DNA of 47,331 nucleotides from Thermoflexus hugenholtzii JAD2 (lineage in GTDB: Bacteria; Chloroflexota; UBA11872; UBA12225). Positions 36,884-46,500 of this stretch are shown one piece after another. Where the stretch lies: assembly GCA_945907765.1 (NCBI GenBank), contig CAMDTO010000006.1, positions 1 through 47,331 on the forward strand, written 5' to 3'. Under the pieces are notes generated by a model that did not search any database, had not been told where the DNA came from, and saw nothing but the letters and a program-made list of their open reading frames with translations. The stretch's first letter is position 1. Each line of letters opens with the position of its first letter. Position numbers and translations under genes: made by a program.

Positions 36884-37687
36884 ATGACGGGTCGGGTAAG
36901 CAACGGCGGGCGTCTCGTTGGCAAGGTGGTCATTGTCACCGGTGCTGGTGCCGGGATTGGTCGCGGTGTGGCTGAACTTTGCGCACACGAGGGAGCCGCG
37001 GTGATCGTTGCTGAACGGTCGGTCGCTGGCGGGGAGGCGACCGCACGGGCCATCGCCGACTCGGGAGGTCGCGGACGCTTCGTGCAGACCGACGTCGCCG
37101 ACGAGGCAAGTGCTGCCAATGCCGTGGCGCAGGCCGTATCGCAATTCGGAGCGCTCACCGGTCTCGTCAACTGTGCCGGCATCTACCCGCGCGCAACCAT
37201 CGACGAGACGACCGTGGAACTCTGGGACCAGATCATGGCGGTCAACCTCCGGGGTCCATTCCTCATGTGCCGGGCCGCGGTTCCAGCTATGCGGGCTGCG
37301 GGTGGTGGATCAATCATCAACGTGACTTCGACCAATGCCTACTCGGGATGGCCGAACCTGTTTGCCTACTCCACTTCGAAGGGTGGATTGCTGGTCATGA
37401 CGCGGAACCTTTCCCGAGGTCTGGCGCGCGACCGGATCAGGGCCAATGCGCTCAACCCAGGCTGGGTCATCAGCGAGAACGAGATTGCGGTTCAGGCAAG
37501 CGACGGGCATGACCTCGCCTGGATCGAGGAGGCTGGAAAGCGCCAGCCATTGGGTCGGACGCAAACCCCGCTGGATTCCGCCTATTCGGCCGTTTTCCTG
37601 CTTTCGGACGAGTCCTCCCAGGTAACCGGGACCGAGATGAACGTCGATGCGGGCCGGTCCATGCCTGGGCAAGGTGGTTCCGCCTAG
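36884..37687 (+). CDS. SDR family oxidoreductase
   Basis: TGAGAGIG, NCAG, YSTSK and NALNPG. Start ATG 36884. Confidence 0.92.
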   Translation: MTGRVSNGGRLVGKVVIVTGAGAGIGRGVAELCAHEGAAVIVAERSVAGGEATARAIADSGGRGRFVQTDVADEASAANAVAQAVSQFGALTGLVNCAGIYPRATIDETTVELWDQIMAVNLRGPFLMCRAAVPAMRAAGGGSIINVTSTNAYSGWPNLFAYSTSKGGLLVMTRNLSRGLARDRIRANALNPGWVISENEIAVQASDGHDLAWIEEAGKRQPLGRTQTPLDSAYSAVFLLSDESSQVTGTEMNVDAGRSMPGQGGSA

Positions 37688-37800
37688 GTGCAGTGGAACG
37701 CGCTCGCGGCAGGCCCACCCGTTCACATCCCTGAGTACAGGGACATGGCGCTGCCGACGGACTCCCGACGCATCCGGGTCTGCCGTACTTCGAAGCGGGT

Positions 37801-38685
37801 GTGAGAGACTGGGGGATCGTGGACCTTCAGTCTCTCCTCAACCCGCTGGCAATCAATCCCTTCGACCTCTTTCCCACATCGCCAGATGCGGGGACGCTGA
37901 TGGACGCCGCCGAGCGGTTTCCGGGCGGCCCGGTGGCGCTCGTGTTCGTGCTGTTCTGGTCGCCATGGATGGCTGCCATCGGGATCCCGGCGGGACTGAT
38001 CCTTGCGCGTCACGCCGGCATCAATCCGTTCGTGACGTTTGGTCTCTATGCCCTGACGGACATCATGGGAGCGATGATCACGCATCCTCTCTATGCAGTC
38101 ATAAAGAGGTACGGCGGGCGTGTCGGCGTCCTTCGCACGATCGGCCGTTGGTACGTCCGTCTCGCGATGATCGGGGCAAAGCCTCCAAGCATCGAGGATG
38201 TCCGGAATGGCCCCATCTGGCCGGCGCTCTTCCGCATCGGGGTCGTCGCATTCGGTTTCGATATCTACCACGGGGGCATGGTCATTGCCGGGTTGCCGGT
38301 CCCGCGGTTGCTGGGCTGGGCGGCGGCCCTCGCCGGTGACCTGATCTGGTTCGGCGTGCTCTTCGCGACCAGTACCGCAGCCGCCGCAGTCATCGACAAC
38401 GACAAGACCGTGGGCATCATCACGGTCGTCGCGATGATTGCAATCCCCAAGATTGCCGAGTGGATCTTCCCGGCACTTCGAGGAAATGCAGGTCCCGCGA
38501 AGAGTCCCCCACCAACGAGTGATGGCGTGAACGCGACCCCTGCGCTCTTGTTCGCCGGTTCATCCAGCGGGAAGCTGGCGCTTACCGGACCTCATCGGGA
38601 TCCAGTGCCCGCGACCGGCGGAGGCGGCGGTCGGCGTTCTGCGAAGCGCGGATCAGGTGCTCGACCTCGGCCTCGTAGTCATTGA
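37801..38685 (+). CDS. Hypothetical integral membrane protein (possibly DedA/VTT-like)
   Basis: About 4-5 hydrophobic segments; family not confidently recognised. Confidence 0.6.
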   Translation: MRDWGIVDLQSLLNPLAINPFDLFPTSPDAGTLMDAAERFPGGPVALVFVLFWSPWMAAIGIPAGLILARHAGINPFVTFGLYALTDIMGAMITHPLYAVIKRYGGRVGVLRTIGRWYVRLAMIGAKPPSIEDVRNGPIWPALFRIGVVAFGFDIYHGGMVIAGLPVPRLLGWAAALAGDLIWFGVLFATSTAAAAVIDNDKTVGIITVVAMIAIPKIAEWIFPALRGNAGPAKSPPPTSDGVNATPALLFAGSSSGKLALTGPHRDPVPATGGGGGRRSAKRGSGARPRPRSH

Positions 38686-39097
38686 CGTCAATGTCACCGC
38701 GTGCGAACTGTCCCTTCAGGATCGCGAGCATCTCGTCTCGGTACTCGAGGTGGGTCAGGTTCCCGGCAAGGTAGCGTCGCTTCAGGTTCTCCTCGGGGAG
38801 TTCGGGCGTGCGCTGACGTTCTCGGTTTTCGTCTTTTGGTCTTGACGCCCGCCAGATAAACCAGGCGGGGACGCCGATGATCCCGGCCGCGACCGCACCC
38901 GCGATGGCCAACCCAAGCAACAGGAGTACGAGCGCAAGTACGGCGATGACCACCACGAATGGCAAGGCAATCAAGCCAGCCATGATGCCAACGACTGGGC
39001 CAATGACCGCCGGAATGACTACTCCGAGCAAGATGACCGTCAACACCACGCGCCAAACGAACCGGCGCAGCGGTCGTGACCGACCCTTCCTTTTCAC
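38582..39097 (-). CDS. Membrane protein with two C-terminal SHOCT-like motifs
   Basis: Long hydrophobic N-terminal region; LKRRYLAGNLTHLEY and LKGQFARGDIDVNDYE match the SHOCT pattern. Start GTG 39097. Confidence 0.7.
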   Translation of the reverse strand: MKRKGRSRPLRRFVWRVVLTVILLGVVIPAVIGPVVGIMAGLIALPFVVVIAVLALVLLLLGLAIAGAVAAGIIGVPAWFIWRASRPKDENRERQRTPELPEENLKRRYLAGNLTHLEYRDEMLAILKGQFARGDIDVNDYEAEVEHLIRASQNADRRLRRSRALDPDEVR

Positions 39098-39245
39098 GTC
39101 CCAGTCCGTCCCTGACAGGTGCCATGTGCGGGATTTGACCGGCACGATGGTCCATGATCCACGTCCGAGTCTACGTGTCTGCCGTCGAACGTCGCACCGC
39201 GCGCGTGTGCAGGCGGTACCATGCGACCTGAGGGGTACGAGTGCC

Positions 39246-39473
39246 ATGATGATCCTCGCTGGGCGGACAGTGATCTTTGCGTGGGCCTTGGGCATCGCAT
39301 ATGTCGGGTACCTGCTTGTCAGTGGTGAGATTGGCGTGATGCAAGCAGCCTTGGAAGCCGGCCGGACGCTCGACGTCGTCCTGAACGCCATCTTCACCAT
39401 GTTGGTCGCCGCGATGGTGACCATCACCGTTGGCCTCTTCCTGTTCGTTGGCGTCGCGAACGAAGGCAGCTAG
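39246..39473 (+). CDS. Small 2-TM hypothetical protein (75 aa)
   Basis: GAGGGG RBS-like site before ATG 39246 and two clear TM helices. Confidence 0.55.
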   Translation: MMILAGRTVIFAWALGIAYVGYLLVSGEIGVMQAALEAGRTLDVVLNAIFTMLVAAMVTITVGLFLFVGVANEGS

Positions 39474-39610
39474 GGCTGCCCGTCCTGCGCCAAGACCTTT
39501 GTACGGGCACTCTCTGATCGGCAGACCAACGGGTCCGACCAGGTGACATAGGACACCCTTGACCATTCGCAGCCACGATGCAGCTGCCAGTTTGACGGAA
39601 CCCCGACACG

Positions 39611-40411
39611 ATGTCCCCTGATCCCTGGATGGCCGTCGTTGCGGTATCCCTGGGCGGCGCGATCGGTGTGGTCCAGGGAATCCTGGGTGCCGGTGGGGCA
39701 ATCCTGACCCTGCCGGTCCTCGTCTACGTGCTTGGCGCACCAGTGCCAGTCGCAACCGGGACGAGCATTGCCGTGACCTGCCTCAATGCCTCGGTGGGGG
39801 CGTTGCAGGCGTGGCGTTCGCGCCGTGCGCTTCCGAGGGTGAGCGTTGTCCTTGGAACCGGTGGCATCCTTGGCACGCTTGCCGGGGCCTGGATGAACCA
39901 CCGGACCCCCGAAGTCGTGGTCCTCGGACTGTTCGGCCTGATCATGCTCGCTTCGGCGACCAGCATGGTCCGGGGTGGTCCCGGATCCGACGCGGTGGCG
40001 CCGACCCCGGTGATCTTCACTCGCGTGTTCATTGCCAAGGTCGTGATCATCGGTCTCGGTGTCGGGATCCTGACCGGGCTCTTTGGTGTTGGGGGAGGGT
40101 TCTTGCTCGTGCCGGCACTCGTGACCGTGCTCGGTGTGCCGATGCGCATGGCCGCCGGAACCTCGATGATGGCGATCACGCTCAATTCAATCTGGGGACT
40201 CGCGGCCCATACCGGCCTGGGCGGCATCGATTGGCTTCTGGTCGGCTTGCTCGGCGGATCCGGCATTGTCGGGGTCGTCGTCGGTGGCCATGTGGCGGGA
40301 CGCCTGCCCGAGCGGCACCTCCGGCGTGCCTTTGCCTCGCTGGTCTTCTCGCTTGCGGTCTATACGCTTGCGCGCAATGGGGATGCTCTTTTCGCCACGA
40401 TCACTTCGTGA
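39611..40411 (+). CDS. Sulfite exporter TauE/SafE (TSUP) family protein
   Basis: Duplicated G..GAGG..L.LP / GLFGVGGGFLLVP motifs and A.GTS motifs. Confidence 0.9.
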   Translation: MSPDPWMAVVAVSLGGAIGVVQGILGAGGAILTLPVLVYVLGAPVPVATGTSIAVTCLNASVGALQAWRSRRALPRVSVVLGTGGILGTLAGAWMNHRTPEVVVLGLFGLIMLASATSMVRGGPGSDAVAPTPVIFTRVFIAKVVIIGLGVGILTGLFGVGGGFLLVPALVTVLGVPMRMAAGTSMMAITLNSIWGLAAHTGLGGIDWLLVGLLGGSGIVGVVVGGHVAGRLPERHLRRAFASLVFSLAVYTLARNGDALFATITS

Positions 40412-40444
40412 ACCGGTGTTCCCAATGGAGATCCACGCGTCTCC

Positions 40445-41758
40445 CTATGGAGTGACCGGTTGGTGACCTGCGCCGTCGAACGATTGGCGCCACCGATGCG
40501 CAAGAGGAACGATCATCAGCGTGATTGCTCCGAGGACGGCAAATGAGCCGGTCAACCCCACCATGTCGGCAATGGCCCCGTACATGATGGGAGCGGACGC
40601 GGTCGCGAGCAGGGTGCAGGTGTAGAAAAGGCCATACGCGCGCCCCCGTTGATCCGGGTCAACGAACGGTGCCACCAGTCCGTAGAGAACCGACGACGTG
40701 CCATTGAGGGAGAACCCGAACGGCAGGATTGCCCACAGGATCGCGCCCTTTGGCGCGAAGGGGATGAGGATCAGGCCCACCGCCGTCACGACCTCGGTCA
40801 CCATGATCGTCAACGTCGGTCCGGCCCTCGTGGCCAATGGTCCGCACAGGAACTTGCCGGCCGCTCCGGCCCCGAAGAGGACGGCGAAGGCGACACTGAT
40901 CTCCGCCGAGGAGAGCGAGGCGCGGTCGAAGACGAACGGCAGCAGTGCGAGCGCCGCTCCCCGGGCAGCCGCATCGAGCATTCCCGTTGCCGTCAAGGCG
41001 CCGTACGCACCCGGGTTCCGGATCCCCCACGCCCGAAACCTCCATGAATCCCGGTGCCAGATCGAATGGTTCCGGCGTGTCCCCGCATCCGGTGTCGACG
41101 CAGCAACCTGGTCTCGCATGGCCTGCGCCACCGATCCTCGCGTCACGGGCACCGCCAATGCGTAGCCGATCGCGAACACAAGGCCAGTGATCCCCAGGGC
41201 CGTCACTCCCCCGCGCCATCCGTAGTAGTAGGCACCCAGTCCGCCGATGAACGGTGCTGCTATCTTTCCGATATCGCCGGCAAAGTTCAGCGTGCCGATC
41301 GCCTGGTGCCTTCTCCCATCGCCGAAGAGGCGCGAAACCAAGGCGTTCGCCACCGGATGCTGGGTGTTCCCGCCTATCCCCGCCAGGGCCGTCCAGATCA
41401 GGAGCGGGACGAAGGTCGCAGTGGTCGCCATCGCGATCAAGCCAACGCTTACCGCGCCAGTGCCAACGGCCAGCAGCAGGTGTTCCCCGACCGTTTCGGC
41501 GAGCATCCCGGCCGGGACTTGCAGGAGTGCAGAGGCTCCGCCAAGGATTGCCTTGACCGCGCCAACCTGCCCGTAACTCAGTTTCAAGTCGCTGGCAATG
41601 AGCGGCAGCAGTGGGTAGACGCCCGCGAACAGGGCGTCGCTGACCGCGTGCATCGAGGCCACACTGGCAAGGTGCCAGCCTGCGCGGGATCGGAAGCCAC
41701 GCACCCCGGGAGTTCGCCTCAAAGGCTCCGGGGCGGGTGGCGGGGTCAGATCCGACAT
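40445..41758 (-). CDS. MFS transporter (Fsr-like)
   Basis: H...D....VYPLLP, Q.P.G, G....HP and a 12-TM pattern. Confidence 0.88.
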   Translation of the reverse strand: MSDLTPPPAPEPLRRTPGVRGFRSRAGWHLASVASMHAVSDALFAGVYPLLPLIASDLKLSYGQVGAVKAILGGASALLQVPAGMLAETVGEHLLLAVGTGAVSVGLIAMATTATFVPLLIWTALAGIGGNTQHPVANALVSRLFGDGRRHQAIGTLNFAGDIGKIAAPFIGGLGAYYYGWRGGVTALGITGLVFAIGYALAVPVTRGSVAQAMRDQVAASTPDAGTRRNHSIWHRDSWRFRAWGIRNPGAYGALTATGMLDAAARGAALALLPFVFDRASLSSAEISVAFAVLFGAGAAGKFLCGPLATRAGPTLTIMVTEVVTAVGLILIPFAPKGAILWAILPFGFSLNGTSSVLYGLVAPFVDPDQRGRAYGLFYTCTLLATASAPIMYGAIADMVGLTGSFAVLGAITLMIVPLAHRWRQSFDGAGHQPVTP

Positions 41759-41797
41759 CCTCGTACCGTAGCGCACCGCGCGACGCTTCTGTCGTCA

Positions 41798-42250
41798 ATG
41801 CCCCCAGTGTCCTTGTTGCGGTGCCTGTTCGCCCTGGTGCTTGTGTGCCTGGGCGGAGCATGTTCACGAGCGGAACCCGGGCCGCCGGTTGCCTCCGTCA
41901 GCGCAAGTCCGACCTCGACTGGCGCGCCGTCCGTTGATGGCACGCGGATTGCACGTGACGCCACGTGGGCACCCGGCGCCCTCGTCGACCACTTCGGGAA
42001 GCATGGAAACGAGGGTCCGTGGGCGGATGCCGGTGCCTACCACCGCAGTGCCCGGGACACGATCCGCACCGGTCGGGATTTCACCTACATTGATCGCACC
42101 GCGAACGTCCGGCGACGCGGTTTCTACGACGCATCGGGAAACCGTTTCACCAGTGTCACCGAAGACCTGCGTCGCATCACCACACACGTTCGCCCAGACA
42201 CTGGTGAGCGCGCTGTCGTCCTCCTGCCTGAAAGCACGTACCGCCGATGA
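41798..42250 (+). CDS. Putative lipoprotein with an 'HFxKHG' nuclease-toxin-like domain
   Basis: Signal peptide ending in LGGAC; L.DHFGKHG.E....Y...A...I...YD...N.F.......ITTH..P pattern. Confidence 0.6.
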   Translation: MPPVSLLRCLFALVLVCLGGACSRAEPGPPVASVSASPTSTGAPSVDGTRIARDATWAPGALVDHFGKHGNEGPWADAGAYHRSARDTIRTGRDFTYIDRTANVRRRGFYDASGNRFTSVTEDLRRITTHVRPDTGERAVVLLPESTYRR

Positions 42251-42576
42251 CGTTTGACCGCATTCCATCCGGACCGCGTCCCAGCCGCGCGATCATCGGT
42301 CATCTTCTGGATGCTCACGGCGTAGAAAGTTTAGCGTGTGCACTCTTTCTGGTGCAGTCGGAAGGCGTGACGCTCCCGGGGGGCGTAGAGGCTGCGAGTG
42401 GGTACGTCCTCGGACGTGACGGGCGCGTGCACCGGTGGTGGCTATCGTGGTCTGAAACCGCTGACGCCTATCAGCTGTCACCATGGGCCGAGGTGACTGA
42501 CCCGGTCGATGCCTTCGGCGGTGATGCCGATTTTCGCGACGCGTGGTCGGCGGTCTTCGGGAGGGAACGCGACTGA
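42247..42576 (+). CDS. Hypothetical protein, translationally coupled to the upstream lipoprotein gene
   Basis: ATGA overlap; 109 aa, rich in Trp and acidic residues. Confidence 0.65.
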   Translation: MTFDRIPSGPRPSRAIIGHLLDAHGVESLACALFLVQSEGVTLPGGVEAASGYVLGRDGRVHRWWLSWSETADAYQLSPWAEVTDPVDAFGGDADFRDAWSAVFGRERD

Positions 42577-42714
42577 GACCATCCGGCGGGTTTCGCGGTC
42601 GATGGTCGCCGGTATCATCCCCTCGGTAGTCCGAATGTGCCTGCCCGGTTTTGGTCCCTGCCTTGCCTTGGCTCGGGGCCAGTTGGGCGCGATGAGTGAC
42701 GGAGGGGTGCAATT

Positions 42715-43011
42715 GTGAGTTCAGTCTCTAATCACGGGGTCGCAGCTGCGGTATCTGCCGACACGAGCCTGCCGTATCCGGATGACGACGTCCATGGCAC
42801 TGTCATGCGCGCGCGGGGCAATCTCCGAAAGGCGGCCGCCCTCTTCGCCGAGGCCAAGTCACTGCTGGATCATGGTGGCGATCACGCAGAGGCCATCGCA
42901 AGGATGGGGAAGGCGAGCGATGCGATCGGGTCGTCCTCGTACTTCCTGAGCGTGGCCATGGGCAAGCAGGGCGTCGGCTCCGGCCCCAACCTCCGCACCC
43001 TGACCCCGTAG
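42715..43011 (+). CDS. Small helical hypothetical protein
   Basis: GGAGG RBS before the GTG; 98 aa. Confidence 0.55.
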   Translation: MSSVSNHGVAAAVSADTSLPYPDDDVHGTVMRARGNLRKAAALFAEAKSLLDHGGDHAEAIARMGKASDAIGSSSYFLSVAMGKQGVGSGPNLRTLTP

Positions 43012-43063
43012 CCCGGTCGGGTACCCATGCCCGCCATACCGGTACCCGTGCGAGAGGCTTGCC

Positions 43064-44254
43064 ATGGCAACCCTGACTGGTCAAGGGAGGACCGGTGTCC
43101 CGGTTTCCGGGACACCTACCGATTCGCCTTTCCGGCCTCGCGTGTTCAGGCTCGTTCTCGATTGTCCGACCACCGCGCAGTCGTGGACGACCGCTTGGTG
43201 GCACGATCTCGTCAGCGTCTTGTTCGGCGCGTGGCTTGCAGTCGGTCTCTTTGTCGATGGGTGGGCGCACAACGCACTCCGGGGCCTCGAGACCTTCTTC
43301 ACACCGTGGCACGCCCTTCTCTACTCCGGTTTCCTGGCGTGCGCAGTCTGGTATCTGGGCCTGACCGTTCGTGCCCGTGTCGCGCACCGCATCCCGTCAA
43401 TCGGGGCAATCCCGGTTGGCTACGGGTGGGGTGTTGCTGGCGTGTTTATCTTCGGTGCCGGTGGCCTTGGCGACATGACGTGGCATCTCTACTTCGGAAT
43501 TGAACAGGGGATAGATGCCCTTTTCAGTCCCACCCACATCCTGCTTGCCATCGGGCTGATCACCATCCTGGCTGCCCCACTGCGCGCAGCCTGGCGAGGT
43601 CCGTCCCCGCGGGCGGGGCACACGATCCGTTCGTTCCTGCCGGTGATCCTTAGCATGACCCTCACGGTCGCGGTCATCGCATTCTTCTTCATGTACCTCT
43701 GGACCCCGCTGCGCCCGTATCACATCGTCAAGTCGATCTATTTCTCCCGATTTGCGAACGGTAGCGACGTGCGTGCCTCCTACATCACCTCGGGCGTCAC
43801 CGGCATGCTGGTCATGACCGCAGTGATGATCGGCGGCGTCCTGTGGCTCCTGCCCCGGTGGCGACCACCGTTCGGCACCGTGACCATCGTGTTCAGTCTG
43901 GTGGCGACGCTCATGAGCGGTATCGGTGCCTTTGAACAGGCATACCTGATCTGGCCCCAGGCGCTTGCCGGACTGTGTGGCGACATCGCGATCCGCCAAT
44001 TCGATCCGACACCCGCCCGCCCTGTGATGTTCAGGGTCTTCGCGGCCTCGCTTGCCCTCGTGCTCTGGATCGGCGTGCTTGGCACCGACGCCGTCTACCG
44101 CGGTCTTGGGTGGTCACCCGAGGTGATCGGAGGAAGCGTCGTCTGGGCGACACTGACCGCGCTCGGCATCGCAATGCTCATGACTATGGGCCCCGTCAGC
44201 GGCGCCGTTGATCCTTCCACGCTCCCGTCTCCCGTCGAACCTGGGACGGGTTAG
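43064..44254 (+). CDS. Multi-pass membrane protein with duplicated D-x-x-x-H / F-x-P-x-H motifs
   Basis: About 10 TM helices; DGWAH...ETFFTPWH and DMTWH...DALFSPTH. Confidence 0.8.
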   Translation: MATLTGQGRTGVPVSGTPTDSPFRPRVFRLVLDCPTTAQSWTTAWWHDLVSVLFGAWLAVGLFVDGWAHNALRGLETFFTPWHALLYSGFLACAVWYLGLTVRARVAHRIPSIGAIPVGYGWGVAGVFIFGAGGLGDMTWHLYFGIEQGIDALFSPTHILLAIGLITILAAPLRAAWRGPSPRAGHTIRSFLPVILSMTLTVAVIAFFFMYLWTPLRPYHIVKSIYFSRFANGSDVRASYITSGVTGMLVMTAVMIGGVLWLLPRWRPPFGTVTIVFSLVATLMSGIGAFEQAYLIWPQALAGLCGDIAIRQFDPTPARPVMFRVFAASLALVLWIGVLGTDAVYRGLGWSPEVIGGSVVWATLTALGIAMLMTMGPVSGAVDPSTLPSPVEPGTG

Positions 44255-44306
44255 CGGTGGGGCCCCCCAGTCCAGCATTTCGGTTTCCGGGTAGTAGCAT
44301 CTACGG

Positions 44307-45080
44307 ATGATGGATACGTCGGAAACCAGTGCCGGGGAACAGTTGCTGCGCAGTGACGAGGTGGCGCGTCTCGCGGTCGTCATCGCGGGCGATGTCCGAC
44401 TGCATGTCCAGTCCGTCATGCAAGGCCCCTTTGGTATTGCCGGTGCGCAGGCCGTCGTGCCGTCACCCAAAGGGATCGGTAGCATCCCCGGAGGATTTGG
44501 TCCGGAGGCATCGGGTGGTTTGAACGGTGGCGTTCCCCAACGCTTCATCGCCGCCGGCGTCGCCCTGACTGTCGCCTACACCGCCCTGGGCGAGGCCGAT
44601 GGGGCACGGGTTGCCGGTGCCCTTCGCTGTGCCTCCGAGATTCTCTTTCCCGATGATCCGGCCGGTTTTGCGCAGGTCGAACGCGCTGCCGGCTTAGCGG
44701 TCAGGCACCTCGAACCGATCGAGGAACCCATGATCGCCGACGCTGTCCGCGCCACCGAGGCCATGCAGCACCGGGTCTTCGCCGCTGCCCAGTCCCTCGA
44801 CCGTGCCTTCCAGGCGTCCATCGATCACCTCACCACTGCGTCCCTTGACGCCCACTCCTGGCGACAGGTCACGGGCGGCCTCGGCCCCAGTTCGGGTCTC
44901 ATCACCACCGCCTTCGGCCCGTTCCTGCCCGGTCTCGTGCGTTGGGCGTTCTATACCGCAGTCGCCCTACGGTTCATCCGGATGGACGACTGGGCGTGGG
45001 TCGGCGCGTGCCTGATCGGTGCCCGGACGGACGTCCAGCGTGGTGCCGATGGCATGAACGTCGTCCCACCAGTCATGTAG
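44307..45080 (+). CDS. Hypothetical protein
   Basis: 257-aa ORF filling the gap between co-oriented genes. Confidence 0.6.
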   Translation: MMDTSETSAGEQLLRSDEVARLAVVIAGDVRLHVQSVMQGPFGIAGAQAVVPSPKGIGSIPGGFGPEASGGLNGGVPQRFIAAGVALTVAYTALGEADGARVAGALRCASEILFPDDPAGFAQVERAAGLAVRHLEPIEEPMIADAVRATEAMQHRVFAAAQSLDRAFQASIDHLTTASLDAHSWRQVTGGLGPSSGLITTAFGPFLPGLVRWAFYTAVALRFIRMDDWAWVGACLIGARTDVQRGADGMNVVPPVM

Positions 45081-45142
45081 GCACATCATGCGCGGAGCTG
45101 GTGCGACCCCGCCCACGAAGGCGCGTCCCGAAGTGGGCCATC

Positions 45143-46453
45143 ATGCCTGAGGTCACGCCATCCACCCCCGATCCCAACCGGCGCGCCAGCACGGACAGGT
45201 CCCCGGGAACCCCTGCCCGCCCAGTACATCACGCGCTCCCTGGCGCCTACTGGCGTCAACTGCCGTTCCTTGCCACCGCGATGCTGCTCTCGCTCTTCTG
45301 GTTCCTGAGCGATGCGCCACTGTCCGCCCGTCAACTCACCGTGTTCGCGGTTGCCACCCTCATCTGTGCCGTCGCCAGCATCGCGATCCTGCAAGCCGGG
45401 CAAGGATCCCCGGACCCTGAACCCTCGATTACGCCGGGCACGCACGACAAACCCCTGTTGATGACCGCCCCGGCTCTTTCGTCACCCGGGGAGGGAGCCT
45501 CCGACCAAAGGCTCTCCGTAAGTGTTGTCATCCCGACCTACCTGGGACGCGAGTATCTCGTGCCGTGCCTTGACGCGGTTGCATCCCAGACCAGGCCGGC
45601 CGACCAGGTCATCGTGGTGGACGATGCCTCCCCCGATGACACCGCCCAGTGGGTCCGCGAAACCTATCCGTGGGTCGACGTCGTCGCACTCCCGACAAAC
45701 CGCAAGTTCGCCGGAGCTGCGAACGAGGGGATCCGGAGTAGTACTGGGGACATCGTGGTCCTCCTCAACAACGATACCGAGGCCGAACCAGGGTGGCTCG
45801 CGGCCCTGGTTGCCCCATTTGAGGCCGACCCGGAGGTCGGGTTCTGCGCGAGCAAACTGCTCCTGTTTGACCGTCGCGACCACCTCCACGCTGCCGGCGA
45901 CGGCTACACCGTCGGCGGGATCCCGGTGAACCGCGGTGCCTTTACCAAGGACGACAGCAGGTTCGACGCCGAACCATGGGTATTCGGCGCGTGCGCCGCC
46001 GCATCGGCCTACCGGCGGGAACTGCTCCTGGAGACCGGTGGCTTCGACGAATGGCTGGTGTCCTATCTCGAGGACATCGACCTGAGTTGGCGCGCCCAGT
46101 TGCGTGGATACCGGTGCCGGTTCGTGCCGGAGGCGCGGGTCTACCACCATGTCAGCGCAACCGGCGGGCAGGTGCGACCGAGTTACTGGTGTGGTCGTAA
46201 CTTCCTGCTGGTCCTCGCGCGGGACATGCCCGCACCGCTCCTGCGTCGGCACTGGCGCGCAATCATCGCGTCACAGGGGCGTATCGTGCGTGACGCCGTC
46301 CGGCACTGGCGCGGCGCGGCGGCTCGTGCCCGCCTGCGGGGTGTCGTTGCCGGACTGTGGCACCTGCCGGGAGCAATCGCCCAGCGCCGTGCCCTCCATA
46401 CCGGGGCACAGATCGACATCGAAGCCCTGGACCGCCTGCTCGACCGTTCCTGA
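45143..46453 (+). CDS. GT2 family glycosyltransferase with two N-terminal TM helices
   Basis: VSVVIPTY, IVVDDASPD, N..FAGAAN.G, LLNNDT, GGFDE, EDIDLSWR and VYHH. Start ATG 45143. Confidence 0.92.
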   Translation: MPEVTPSTPDPNRRASTDRSPGTPARPVHHALPGAYWRQLPFLATAMLLSLFWFLSDAPLSARQLTVFAVATLICAVASIAILQAGQGSPDPEPSITPGTHDKPLLMTAPALSSPGEGASDQRLSVSVVIPTYLGREYLVPCLDAVASQTRPADQVIVVDDASPDDTAQWVRETYPWVDVVALPTNRKFAGAANEGIRSSTGDIVVLLNNDTEAEPGWLAALVAPFEADPEVGFCASKLLLFDRRDHLHAAGDGYTVGGIPVNRGAFTKDDSRFDAEPWVFGACAAASAYRRELLLETGGFDEWLVSYLEDIDLSWRAQLRGYRCRFVPEARVYHHVSATGGQVRPSYWCGRNFLLVLARDMPAPLLRRHWRAIIASQGRIVRDAVRHWRGAAARARLRGVVAGLWHLPGAIAQRRALHTGAQIDIEALDRLLDRS

Positions 46454-46500
46454 ACGTCGCGTGCCGGTGAGGCTCCCCATCCCTGCCCGCTTCTTTAGAG

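Noticed and set aside
39611-40411. TSUP exporter as part of a selenium system with the Sec-GPx
   Set aside because: It lies about 18 kb away with no linking evidence, and TSUP genes are common.
41054-41797. N-terminal 248 codons of the 398-aa ORF 41054-42250
   Set aside because: This part is antisense to the MFS gene; the credible protein starts at ATG 41798 with a signal peptide.
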